NCBI GenBank assembly: GCA_964371365.1
Contig: CAYJMO010000004.1
Location: forward strand, 1-52,968
DNA from: an uncultured Oscillospiraceae bacterium
GTDB taxonomy: Bacteria; Bacillota; Clostridia; Oscillospirales; Ruminococcaceae
Length of the DNA stretch: 52,968 nt
Direction of reading: 5' to 3'
Positions 42,272 to 50,713 of the stretch are shown here, one piece after another. Made by a program: the position numbers and the translations under genes. A model generated the notes under the pieces. The model saw only the letters and a list, made by a program, of their open reading frames with translations. It was not told the origin of the DNA and ran no database searches. Within the stretch, counting starts at the first letter, position 1, and every line of letters begins with the position of its first letter.

Positions 42272-43213
42272 TTATACTAAAAACGCCGACCCTATTATCC
42301 CGGCAGAGTTGCCGAGTTTTGCCTCAATTATCTCTGCGCGCCGTGAGGGGAGCGCAATCTCGGCATCATATTTTTCTCGGAGCATCTTTATCAGCCAGTC
42401 GCCCTGCTCACTGATACCACCGCCTATGCAAACCGTTTTGGGCTGTAGTACATTGGTGATGTTGGCAAGTCCAACCGCAAGGTCATCGACAAAGAGCTCG
42501 GCGACCTTTTTTGCCGCCTCATCTCCCTGCTTTCTTGCGGTGAATGCGGTGGAACCCTTGACCTTTTCTATGTCGTTTTCGGCGAGTGCCCACATCAGTG
42601 AATCGGGATACTCTTTCATAATTTCCTTGGTTGTGGCGGTGAGACCGGTGGCGGAGGCATATGCCTCCCAACAGCCGTTTCGTCCGCAACGGCAAGCCCT
42701 GCCTCCTGCGTGTATCACGGTGTGACCTACCTCACCCCCGTAGTAGTTATAACTGCGATAGATGTTACCGTCCGCAATTATGCCACCGCCTATTCCGGTG
42801 CCGAGTGTCACCGCAACCGCAAAACTTGACCCTTTGAGTGCGCCTGCAAGGTATTCGCCGTACGCCGCGGCATTCGCGTCGTTGTCGATAATCACCTTTG
42901 TGCCGGGATAGCGTTTTGCAAGAGCCTTTTTCACCTCGACATTTTTGAGTCCGAGATTGCCTATGTGTTCAAATATTCCGAGCTTGTCGTTCACGTTGCC
43001 GGGGCAACCTATGCCTATCTGCGCAACCTTTGATACACCCAGCCCTGCATTATGGAGCACCTCTTCGATGCATTTTGCGATCCTCTCACAAAATTCATCG
43101 TTTGTCATTCCAAAAAAAGTCTCCTGCCTGCTGCGTGCTAATATCTCATATTCATCATTAACAATGCCGGTTTTTATACTTGTTCCTCCGACATCGACAC
43201 CTACATTATACAT
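42272..43213 (-). CDS. ROK family sugar kinase (glucokinase-like)
   Basis: DVGGTSIKTG ATP motif and the ROK zinc motif GHTVIHAGGRACRCGRNGCWEAYAS. Confidence 0.85.
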   Translation of the reverse strand: MYNVGVDVGGTSIKTGIVNDEYEILARSRQETFFGMTNDEFCERIAKCIEEVLHNAGLGVSKVAQIGIGCPGNVNDKLGIFEHIGNLGLKNVEVKKALAKRYPGTKVIIDNDANAAAYGEYLAGALKGSSFAVAVTLGTGIGGGIIADGNIYRSYNYYGGEVGHTVIHAGGRACRCGRNGCWEAYASATGLTATTKEIMKEYPDSLMWALAENDIEKVKGSTAFTARKQGDEAAKKVAELFVDDLAVGLANITNVLQPKTVCIGGGISEQGDWLIKMLREKYDAEIALPSRRAEIIEAKLGNSAGIIGSAFLV

Positions 43214-43225
43214 ATTTTTTCCCTT

Positions 43226-44755
43226 TTAAACTACAAATATCGGCGATGTCCAGGCGATGTCGCCGTTTTTTTGCCATACACGAAGACGATAGTTACTGCC
43301 CTTTATTGGATTTATATTCTTTTCGTAGGATACCTCGTATCCCTTTGATACACACCCTTTATGGAATTTAATCTTGTATGCGTTGTGCCACCATGGGTCG
43401 TCACGGTAGTGCTCCACCTCGCCGTAGGTCTCCTTTGTGAGTGCTCTGACCTCGTCGAACAGCGGTATCACGTTGGTATTCTTTATAATATCGCAGACCC
43501 TCAAGACATAGTCCTTGCCATCGAGCGTTAAGGTTATATCGCTGTTCGAGTCCGCCTCTATCTCAAAGATAAAACCCTCGTTTGTCACACCGCTTGCGCC
43601 CATCCACTTACCGGTGCCGGTGGACTTGTAGGTGGTCAGGTTGAACTCAAAGTCCTGCTGTGTTCTCGATATAATCTTTTGTCCGAAGGTGTTAAAGCAG
43701 TTTTCCACCGAGAGTATCTGTCCGTCGGTGTGAAGCTTGCCCTCCCAGAGTTTTTTGTATATCTCCTTATAGACGCGCGTGTCCGGACCCCAACCTATTT
43801 CAAGGCGGAACTTAAAGCGCACGGTGGACGGTATAGCCTCCCGCTCATAACTGCCGGAGTGCACTATCATCTCTTCCAGTATATTGTCCCGCAATATCTC
43901 TATGCGGTCAATCGCATTTGTGCCCACGACACCGATTTTCAACCTTGCAGAGTCGGTGTGCGGTAGCTCGTCGCCCATTATTGCGTCGTCTATCGAGAAA
44001 TCCACCCCTATTCTACTGCGAGATACGCCGTAGGTGTGGCGCTTTTTCAGCGCGTCCCATATGCATTCCTTTGTGTTCTCTTTTGCCAATGCACACATGG
44101 TGCCGTGCTCGAAGATTGCCGGGATGATATGGTTGTCGCCCGATGCTATCGCACCGACCTTTATGCCGTGCGAAAGACCGCTCTCATAGTCGGTGCCGCC
44201 GGCGCGTGGTCCCATGTGGATATGGCGACCCATCTCGAGAGGGGTGAGATCGCTTTCACTGCTACCGTGGCTGGAATAAATCTCGGCAACCGGTGAAAAC
44301 TCCTCGTTGTGTGTGCACCAATTTTTACCGCGTGAGCCGAGCTGATATGCCACATGATGTGGTATGCCGATGGCGTTTATTCCCTTAAATGCATCGATTA
44401 GCTCCTGATATCTCATGGGATGGAGTTGCGGTTGTTCGTTGTCGAGGAAGAAGACGTTGTGGTCGCCGTCCTTGCCTGCACCCTGCCATTCATATCCCAT
44501 AAACATGGGATACCCCTCGGCGTTTTTTTCCTTTACAAATTTGCGCAAGACCTCCCAGTCCGCTTTATATTTATCATCGTCTATCTTGTCCTCTACAGCA
44601 AGACCCCATTCGGTCGGCTTCATGTAGAAGGGGTAGTAGGCTATCGGCCAGAAATCTATGGTCTGCTTTGCATGCTCAAACCACATAGGGAGCTCGTCCA
44701 TCTGATTGTGGTGAATATTGGAGTGCATGTCGCTCCAGAACTTTTTAAGTGACAT
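43226..44755 (-). CDS. Hypothetical protein with His-rich metal-hydrolase-like motifs (possibly PHP/DUF3604-like)
   Basis: Motifs DMHSNIHH, GYEWQG..GDHNVFF, IPHHVAY, SSHGSSE and ASGDNH resemble a PHP-type metal site. The C-terminal half has no family I recognise. ATG 44755 follows AAAGGA at typical spacing. Confidence 0.45.
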   Translation of the reverse strand: MSLKKFWSDMHSNIHHNQMDELPMWFEHAKQTIDFWPIAYYPFYMKPTEWGLAVEDKIDDDKYKADWEVLRKFVKEKNAEGYPMFMGYEWQGAGKDGDHNVFFLDNEQPQLHPMRYQELIDAFKGINAIGIPHHVAYQLGSRGKNWCTHNEEFSPVAEIYSSHGSSESDLTPLEMGRHIHMGPRAGGTDYESGLSHGIKVGAIASGDNHIIPAIFEHGTMCALAKENTKECIWDALKKRHTYGVSRSRIGVDFSIDDAIMGDELPHTDSARLKIGVVGTNAIDRIEILRDNILEEMIVHSGSYEREAIPSTVRFKFRLEIGWGPDTRVYKEIYKKLWEGKLHTDGQILSVENCFNTFGQKIISRTQQDFEFNLTTYKSTGTGKWMGASGVTNEGFIFEIEADSNSDITLTLDGKDYVLRVCDIIKNTNVIPLFDEVRALTKETYGEVEHYRDDPWWHNAYKIKFHKGCVSKGYEVSYEKNINPIKGSNYRLRVWQKNGDIAWTSPIFVV

Positions 44756-44842
44756 AGTGTGCAAAATCCTTTCCGGTATTTAGAAATACAGGAACAACCC
44801 CTGCGGTTGTTCGTAAACGCGAGGGTTGTCCCTAAATAATAA

Positions 44843-45640
44843 TTAAACTATAAACTGCTCTAAGTGCCTTTTGGATAGGACGACGTGTTTAAATCTACCA
44901 TAACTCTCCATCATATAATTGGGTCCGTGCGGCTCGATGATGACACAACCGGTGTAGCCTACGTCATACAACATTCCGAGCAGGACGTTCCACTTTTTCT
45001 GACCGAGACCCACCGGCGGCTCTATCTCAAAGCCGATATCCGGGATTTGATAGATATCCTTGGCATGGAAATGCACGATGTTTTTGGCGTATTGGCTCAC
45101 TACATAGTAGGGGTCATCCTTCACGTTGCGCATGAGACCGACCGGATCGATTTTAAGTGGAAAGTCCGGTATCTCGCTTATAACTCGTGCTAAGATGTCA
45201 CGACTGTTAATAAAGTTGCCCTTGTGTCCGAGATAGAATGCGAGCTTTAAACCCTTGTCGGTAGCATATTTTTTATACTGGGGATATGCCTCTTTGAGTT
45301 TAGCGACATTCGCGTCGGTGTCGTTTTCCTTGTAAGTACCGGCATTTATAAATGCGACCGGCGAGCCGATTGCCGCCACCATGTCGAAAAACTCAAAGAC
45401 GGTCTTCTTGTTCTCCTCAAAGGTTTTTTCATCGTCGCTGAGGGTGTTCAGCTCCCAAAGTCCGCAGGCACCGACCTTGACATTAGTGCCCTCCATTGCA
45501 TCAAATATGCGCTGTGTGTCAAAATTCATGCATCTCAGTTGGTTGAACTGCAACTCCACATACTCGATGCCCTGTTGCATTGCGAATTGAAACTGAACCT
45601 TAAGATCGCTCTCGGCGGGTACGATAAATCCTAACTGCAT
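44843..45640 (-). CDS. Sugar phosphate isomerase/epimerase (xylose isomerase-like TIM barrel)
   Basis: 265 aa. The architecture and motifs (YVELQF, HFHAKD, IIEPHGP) are typical of the AP_endonuc_2 / TIM-barrel family. Confidence 0.7.
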   Translation of the reverse strand: MQLGFIVPAESDLKVQFQFAMQQGIEYVELQFNQLRCMNFDTQRIFDAMEGTNVKVGACGLWELNTLSDDEKTFEENKKTVFEFFDMVAAIGSPVAFINAGTYKENDTDANVAKLKEAYPQYKKYATDKGLKLAFYLGHKGNFINSRDILARVISEIPDFPLKIDPVGLMRNVKDDPYYVVSQYAKNIVHFHAKDIYQIPDIGFEIEPPVGLGQKKWNVLLGMLYDVGYTGCVIIEPHGPNYMMESYGRFKHVVLSKRHLEQFIV

Positions 45641-45666
45641 TTCATTATCCTTTCTTTTATCACTAT

Positions 45667-46704
45667 TTATTGTGGTTTCTCGACAAGTTCCGGTTTGCCA
45701 CTTGCCATCGATTTGCGTGCGGCGTGTATTACTGCGAGCGTATAAAAGCCGTCCTCCGGCGTTTTGCTGTCGGTGGTGTCGTTCGCCCAGTCGTTAATAA
45801 GTGTCTCATGGTGGGTTAAACCATAGAACTTCGGCGCAACGTCTATCTTTACTCCCTTGACAAGGTCGCTGTTATTCGCCTTTTCGCTGGAGACATAGAT
45901 AACACCCTCCTTGTTGTAGGGGTTGAGCAGGTATACCGTGCCCTTTTCACCGTGTATCTCCATCTCACAACGTGTTGTGTTGCCCACCTTGGACCAGTTG
46001 ACCTCGTGCACGGCGGTTACGCCGTCGGTCATGTGATAGACAAGTGTTGCGCGTCGCTCGTCGCCGTTGAGGTCGGTGGCGGTGTCCACCACCTTATCCG
46101 GGTCGATGTTCCTCGGGGTTACCGCAAAGACGGAGAGATAATCCTGCCCCGTCATGGTGCGGATAAGGTCGATACCGTGACAACCGATATCCATCATCGC
46201 GCCGCCGTAGCTCGGTGCGGTGTGGTAGGGGTTGTGCAGGGTGTTGCGCATTAGAACGCTCTCCACCTTGCCGATCTCACCGCTCTCGATGATAGCCTTT
46301 GCCTGCAAACTCTCCGGCAGGTAGGAGTGCATGAAAGAGGGGGTGAAGCTGATGTTGTTGTCCTTGATAGCCTTTATGATGCGTCTACCCTCGTCAATGT
46401 TATAGGCAAACGGTTTTTGCATGAAAATCTTTTTACCGAGGGCACATGCCTCGATAGCCATGGTGGCATGGGTATCTATCTTGGTGAAGATGCAGATAGC
46501 CTCGACACTATCGTCGGCGAGCACCTCTTTATAATCAAGTGTAGTTTTTTCAAATCCGAATTTTTCCTTTGCCTTTATCGCACGTTCCTCAATGATGTCA
46601 CACGCCCAGACAAACTCTGCATTCTCGCATTTTGCCATTGCCGGCAGGTGGTAGTTGTCGGCGATACTGCCACAACCTATGACGCCTATTCTGACCTTTT
46701 TCAT
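45667..46704 (-). CDS. Gfo/Idh/MocA family NAD(P)-dependent oxidoreductase
   Basis: Rossmann N-terminus VRIGVIGCGSIADNYH and the EKP-type motif MQKPFA. Confidence 0.85.
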   Translation of the reverse strand: MKKVRIGVIGCGSIADNYHLPAMAKCENAEFVWACDIIEERAIKAKEKFGFEKTTLDYKEVLADDSVEAICIFTKIDTHATMAIEACALGKKIFMQKPFAYNIDEGRRIIKAIKDNNISFTPSFMHSYLPESLQAKAIIESGEIGKVESVLMRNTLHNPYHTAPSYGGAMMDIGCHGIDLIRTMTGQDYLSVFAVTPRNIDPDKVVDTATDLNGDERRATLVYHMTDGVTAVHEVNWSKVGNTTRCEMEIHGEKGTVYLLNPYNKEGVIYVSSEKANNSDLVKGVKIDVAPKFYGLTHHETLINDWANDTTDSKTPEDGFYTLAVIHAARKSMASGKPELVEKPQ

Positions 46705-46724
46705 TTAATTTATATTCCTTTTTT

Positions 46725-46769
46725 GTAAAAATGTCCGGTCATGCCACGGTTTTTGGGCATGACCGGACA
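46725..46769 (-). terminator. Intrinsic terminator/attenuator after the LplA-type SBP gene
   Basis: The minus strand has the 14-bp stem TGTCCGGTCATGCC / GGCATGACCGGACA followed by TTTTTAC. Confidence 0.65.
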
Positions 46770-46816
46770 AATAATGCTTATCGGTATATTATTATTGCTA
46801 AATTTTTGTTGCTAAA

Positions 46817-48484
46817 TTAACCTGCCATCCATCTGTCGAATGCGGCCTGGAGGATGCCGGTGTACTCGTCAACATTCATAGCCTCCAGCTCGGCGACAAA
46901 GTCAGCATACTCTTCTATCGGACGCTCGCCGGTGATGAACTTGATGGTATTTTCGTTGATGAAGTTCTTGATATCCTGTGAGTACTGACCGAGTGCCATG
47001 GTCTCCTCATCGGTGTAGTGGAGAACAGGGATGTTCTCAAGCGGCACCATGTCCGGCTCAAGGACAGCATCGGCAGCCTTGGTCTCGGGGAGCTGTGCAG
47101 CGGAGGCATCAACCTTGTCAAAGATGTTCTGCGGGATGTTGCCACCTACGAAGAAGCCCCACTGTGCAATAGCCTCGTCAAGGGTCAGACCGTTCGGGTC
47201 GTTAAGAATGTGGTCAAGCAGTTCATATTCGCCGTCGACGACTTCATAGCTCTCGCCCTCGATGCCGAAACGTACTAAAACTGTACCCTCTTCGCTGTAG
47301 AGATGGTCAACCCAACGCATTGTGGCTTCGGGATGCTCGTTAGCGGAGGTTATAGCGAATGTGCCGGTGGTCTGAACTTTCGGGAATGCGTGGTTCCAGC
47401 CTTTAGAGCCGTCCGGTCCTTCCAGTGCCGGTACTGCTACAAACTGCTCGCGTGTTGCGCCCATCCACTGGGTGTTGTTGCCGTGTGTTGCATAGCCAAC
47501 GGTGTCGCTGTTGACCTGGGAAGCAAGCTGGGTCAGATCCTGTGCAAAGATTTCTTTGTGGATTAGGTTCTCTTCCCAAAGCATGTTGAGGTAGGTTAGC
47601 ATGTCTTCGTAACCATCCTGAAGCGGGAGAAGTTTAACCATTCCCTCGTCGTCTATCTCGGAGTAGAAGTCGATAGCGCCGTAGTTGAGTGCCATGCCAA
47701 AGGAACCGTAGAAGGTACGTGCAAAGGTTGCGGCGGCATTAAAGGTCGGTGCTACTGTTCCGAGCTGTGCACCGAAAGGTATCTCATCGGTGGTATCGCC
47801 GTTGCCGTTTGCATCCTGGTCACGGAAAGCGACAAGTGCTTCGTAGAGCTCGTCTGTGGTGGTCGGAACTGCCAGCCCTAAGTTGTCAAGCCAGGTGGAG
47901 TTAATCCAATGTTTTTGCATCAGGTTGCCGAGGGTGGTGTTGATCTGCGGCATGCTGTAAACACTGCCGTCAGCGGCTGCAATACTCTTGATAAGGTTGG
48001 AGTCCTCTGCAAGCATTGCGGAGAAGTTAGGTGCATAGTCCGCAAAGTAGGGATCAAGAGGTATTATCTGCTGAGCGGTCGCGTATTTTGTCTCTTCTTC
48101 CGGGGTTAATTTTGCACGGATGATGAAGTCCGGCAGCTCGTTCGAGGCAAAGATAAGGTTACGTTTTTCGATAAAGCCCTCGTCCGGAACGCTCTCAAAG
48201 TTGACCTTGACGTTGGTCAGCTCTTCAAGGTGTACAAATGCCGGGTGACCATTCCACTCGTCCATAAGATAGAAGAGTGATACAAGAGCATCCAGCTCGA
48301 TGGTCTCGTTTACGATGGGCATACCTGTCATATTTACATTTGACATGCCATCATCAGCGGCATCACCACCATCCTCGGTGGCAGGAGCATCTCCCCCATC
48401 CTCTGCCGGAGCAGCCGGTGTGGAGCAGGAGGCGAGCATTGCAAGTGCAATGAGCATCGCTAAAAGAATGCGAAGTTTTTTCAT
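46817..48484 (-). CDS. Large extracellular solute-binding lipoprotein (LplA-type SBP)
   Basis: 555 aa. Lipobox LAMLASC followed by an acidic linker. The size and its neighbours match Lpl-type oligosaccharide transporters. Confidence 0.8.
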   Translation of the reverse strand: MKKLRILLAMLIALAMLASCSTPAAPAEDGGDAPATEDGGDAADDGMSNVNMTGMPIVNETIELDALVSLFYLMDEWNGHPAFVHLEELTNVKVNFESVPDEGFIEKRNLIFASNELPDFIIRAKLTPEEETKYATAQQIIPLDPYFADYAPNFSAMLAEDSNLIKSIAAADGSVYSMPQINTTLGNLMQKHWINSTWLDNLGLAVPTTTDELYEALVAFRDQDANGNGDTTDEIPFGAQLGTVAPTFNAAATFARTFYGSFGMALNYGAIDFYSEIDDEGMVKLLPLQDGYEDMLTYLNMLWEENLIHKEIFAQDLTQLASQVNSDTVGYATHGNNTQWMGATREQFVAVPALEGPDGSKGWNHAFPKVQTTGTFAITSANEHPEATMRWVDHLYSEEGTVLVRFGIEGESYEVVDGEYELLDHILNDPNGLTLDEAIAQWGFFVGGNIPQNIFDKVDASAAQLPETKAADAVLEPDMVPLENIPVLHYTDEETMALGQYSQDIKNFINENTIKFITGERPIEEYADFVAELEAMNVDEYTGILQAAFDRWMAG

Positions 48485-48545
48485 GTTCTTAAATCCTTTC
48501 TTGAAAATAGTTCCTCCAATTTATTAGTTAAATCTACTAAAGATT

Positions 48546-49463
48546 TTAACCCTTGACAGAGCCCACCATGATACCCTTGATGAAGAATCTTTGCAGGAAG
48601 GGGTAGAGTATCAGCATCGGCACACTGGACACGATGATGACGGCGAACTTTAAGCTCTCACCGATAAAGAACTGGGACAGATCGGTCTCCATGACGACAT
48701 CGAGGTTGGACTCGGTGCTCATGTTGGCGAGCAGTATCTCACGCAGGATAATCTGAAGTGGCATTCTGGAACGCTCTTGCAGATATATGAGTGCATTGAA
48801 GTATTGATTCCAGTGAGCAACACCATAGAACAGGATAAGCACCGCGATGATAGGTGCGGAGAGTGGCAATACCATGTTAAAGAATGCTCTCGCGTCGCTA
48901 CATCCGTCGATATATGCCGCCTCGAAAAGCTCCTCGCTGATGGTGGTCTGGATAAAGGTTCTCGCTACGATAAGGTTGTAAACATTGACGAGGTTAAAGA
49001 GCACCATGATTGCAAAGGTGTCATAAAGACCGATCTCATTGATCTGCAGGTAGGTCGGGATAAGACCGCCCGAGAAAAACATGGTGAAGATGATAAAACC
49101 CATTATAATGTTGCGGCCGAACATCTTCTTGCGGGAGAGCGAATAGGCGGCTGTCATGGTCACCGCGATGTTGAGCGAGGTGCCGACGACGGTGTACATG
49201 ATAGTGTTTCTATAGCCGGACCAGATGTCATCGTCTCTAATGACGAGGTTGTAAGCGTCGAGGTTAAAACCCTGTGGGATTATCCATACATCACCGGCGA
49301 AAACTGCGAGGGGGTCACTGACCGAGGCTATAATGATAAACCATAGAGGATATACTACCAACAGCACCATTATGACCAACACTATACCGATGATAACGTT
49401 GAGCAGTCTGTCGCCCGAAGCCTCTTTAATTTTTGTGCTTTTATTCTTCAATTTCATCACCAT
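48546..49463 (-). CDS. Sugar ABC transporter permease (LplC-like)
   Basis: EAA loop FEAAYIDGCSDARAFFNMVLPLS. The start is ambiguous among ATG 49463, ATG 49457 and TTG 49451. Confidence 0.8.
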   Translation of the reverse strand: MVMKLKNKSTKIKEASGDRLLNVIIGIVLVIMVLLVVYPLWFIIIASVSDPLAVFAGDVWIIPQGFNLDAYNLVIRDDDIWSGYRNTIMYTVVGTSLNIAVTMTAAYSLSRKKMFGRNIIMGFIIFTMFFSGGLIPTYLQINEIGLYDTFAIMVLFNLVNVYNLIVARTFIQTTISEELFEAAYIDGCSDARAFFNMVLPLSAPIIAVLILFYGVAHWNQYFNALIYLQERSRMPLQIILREILLANMSTESNLDVVMETDLSQFFIGESLKFAVIIVSSVPMLILYPFLQRFFIKGIMVGSVKG

Positions 49464-49477
49464 TTTATGTTAATCTT

Positions 49478-50419
49478 TTAAAATAGACCGTTGCTGCCGA
49501 GTTTTTGTGCAAGTTTATTGAAGGTCAACAGCAGTATGATGTTAATAATGTTGTTAAAGAGTCCTATAGCGGTGGAGTATCCATAGTCTATAAGCAGAAG
49601 ACCTTGGGTGTAGACAAAGGTGGAGATAACCTCCGAGGTCTCGATATTCATACCGTTTTGAAGCAGGAAGACCTTTTCAAAGCCGAGGTTCATCATACGA
49701 CCTGCCTGTAGGATAAACAGGATAACCGCAGTCGGTGCGATCGCCGGAATGTTGATGTGGATGATGCGTTTGAACTTACTTGCACCGTCTATCTGTGCCG
49801 CCTCATGCAATGCCGGGTCGACACCGGTTAGCGCCGCTATATATATAATGGAGTTCCAACCGACATTCGTCCATAGGTCGGAGAAGACATAGACATGTCG
49901 GAACCATCCCGAGTCGGTCAAAAACGGCACCGCCTCAAATCCGAGATTTTGAATGGTCACGTTGACAAAACCGGTGGTCATGTTAAGTAAAACGGTAAGT
50001 ATACCGACTATGACAACGACGGATATAAAGTAGGGCGCATACATGATGGTCTGCACCGCCTTTTTGAGCTTGGGCTTCATTATCTCGTTCATCATGAGGG
50101 CGAGGATAATGGGGAACGGGAAACCGAGGATAAGATTGTATATATTGAGCACCAGCGTGTTCTCGATAAGCCGCCAGAAGTAGTGGGAGTTAAAATACCT
50201 TATAAAGTTATCAAAACCGACCCAGGGGCTACCCTCGATACCGAGGTTGGGTTGAAAGTATTTAAACGCCAGCTGAACACCGTACATAGGTATATAGTTG
50301 AATATAATTAGGTAGATAATCGCCGGCAGAACAAACAGATAGAGTTGCCAACAGGATAGCATCTTGCCGAGCACACTCTTTTGATTGATTGTTATACCAT
50401 TTTTTTTTGGTTTTGACAT
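49478..50419 (-). CDS. Sugar ABC transporter permease (LplB-like)
   Basis: EAA loop HEAAQIDGASKFKRIIHINIPAI; six TM segments. Confidence 0.85.
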   Translation of the reverse strand: MSKPKKNGITINQKSVLGKMLSCWQLYLFVLPAIIYLIIFNYIPMYGVQLAFKYFQPNLGIEGSPWVGFDNFIRYFNSHYFWRLIENTLVLNIYNLILGFPFPIILALMMNEIMKPKLKKAVQTIMYAPYFISVVVIVGILTVLLNMTTGFVNVTIQNLGFEAVPFLTDSGWFRHVYVFSDLWTNVGWNSIIYIAALTGVDPALHEAAQIDGASKFKRIIHINIPAIAPTAVILFILQAGRMMNLGFEKVFLLQNGMNIETSEVISTFVYTQGLLLIDYGYSTAIGLFNNIINIILLLTFNKLAQKLGSNGLF

Positions 50420-50662
50420 ATTTTTTCCCTATCAAAATTTGATTTGTTATCTTATGACACAACTTTATCACATTATCGTCACCTTTTCAATATGAAATAC
50501 TTGACCTTAATGGGGCAATTCTTTGTATTTGAACTGTCAAAAATTTGGACTTTTGCTATGTAAAAATTTGCATTTTTCCTTCTTTACAACCGGATAAAGG
50601 CGCTTATTCAGCGAACATAACGACTGTGCAGACTCCTTGCAACTCCTTCGAAAAAACTATAT

Positions 50663-50691
50663 TTGACATTTTAAAATTAAAATGGTAAAAT
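50663..50691 (+). promoter_or_regulatory. Sigma-A promoter of the AraC-family regulator gene
   Basis: TTGACA (50663-50668), 17 nt, TAAAAT (50686-50691). Confidence 0.5.
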
Positions 50692-50706
50692 TAAAATGGT
50701 AATGGT
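50673..50706 (+). repeat. Tandem direct repeat AAAATTAAAATGGT x2 plus partial AATGGT
   Basis: Exact 14-nt units at 50673-50686 and 50687-50700, then AATGGT at 50701-50706. The repeat overlaps the spacer and -10 of the promoter above. Confidence 0.8.
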
Positions 50707-50713
50707 ATAAAAG

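Noticed and set aside
50673-50706. A CRISPR array or minisatellite.
   Set aside because: There are only two and a half directly adjacent 14-nt units with no spacers. No other repeat-spacer structure was seen anywhere in the window.
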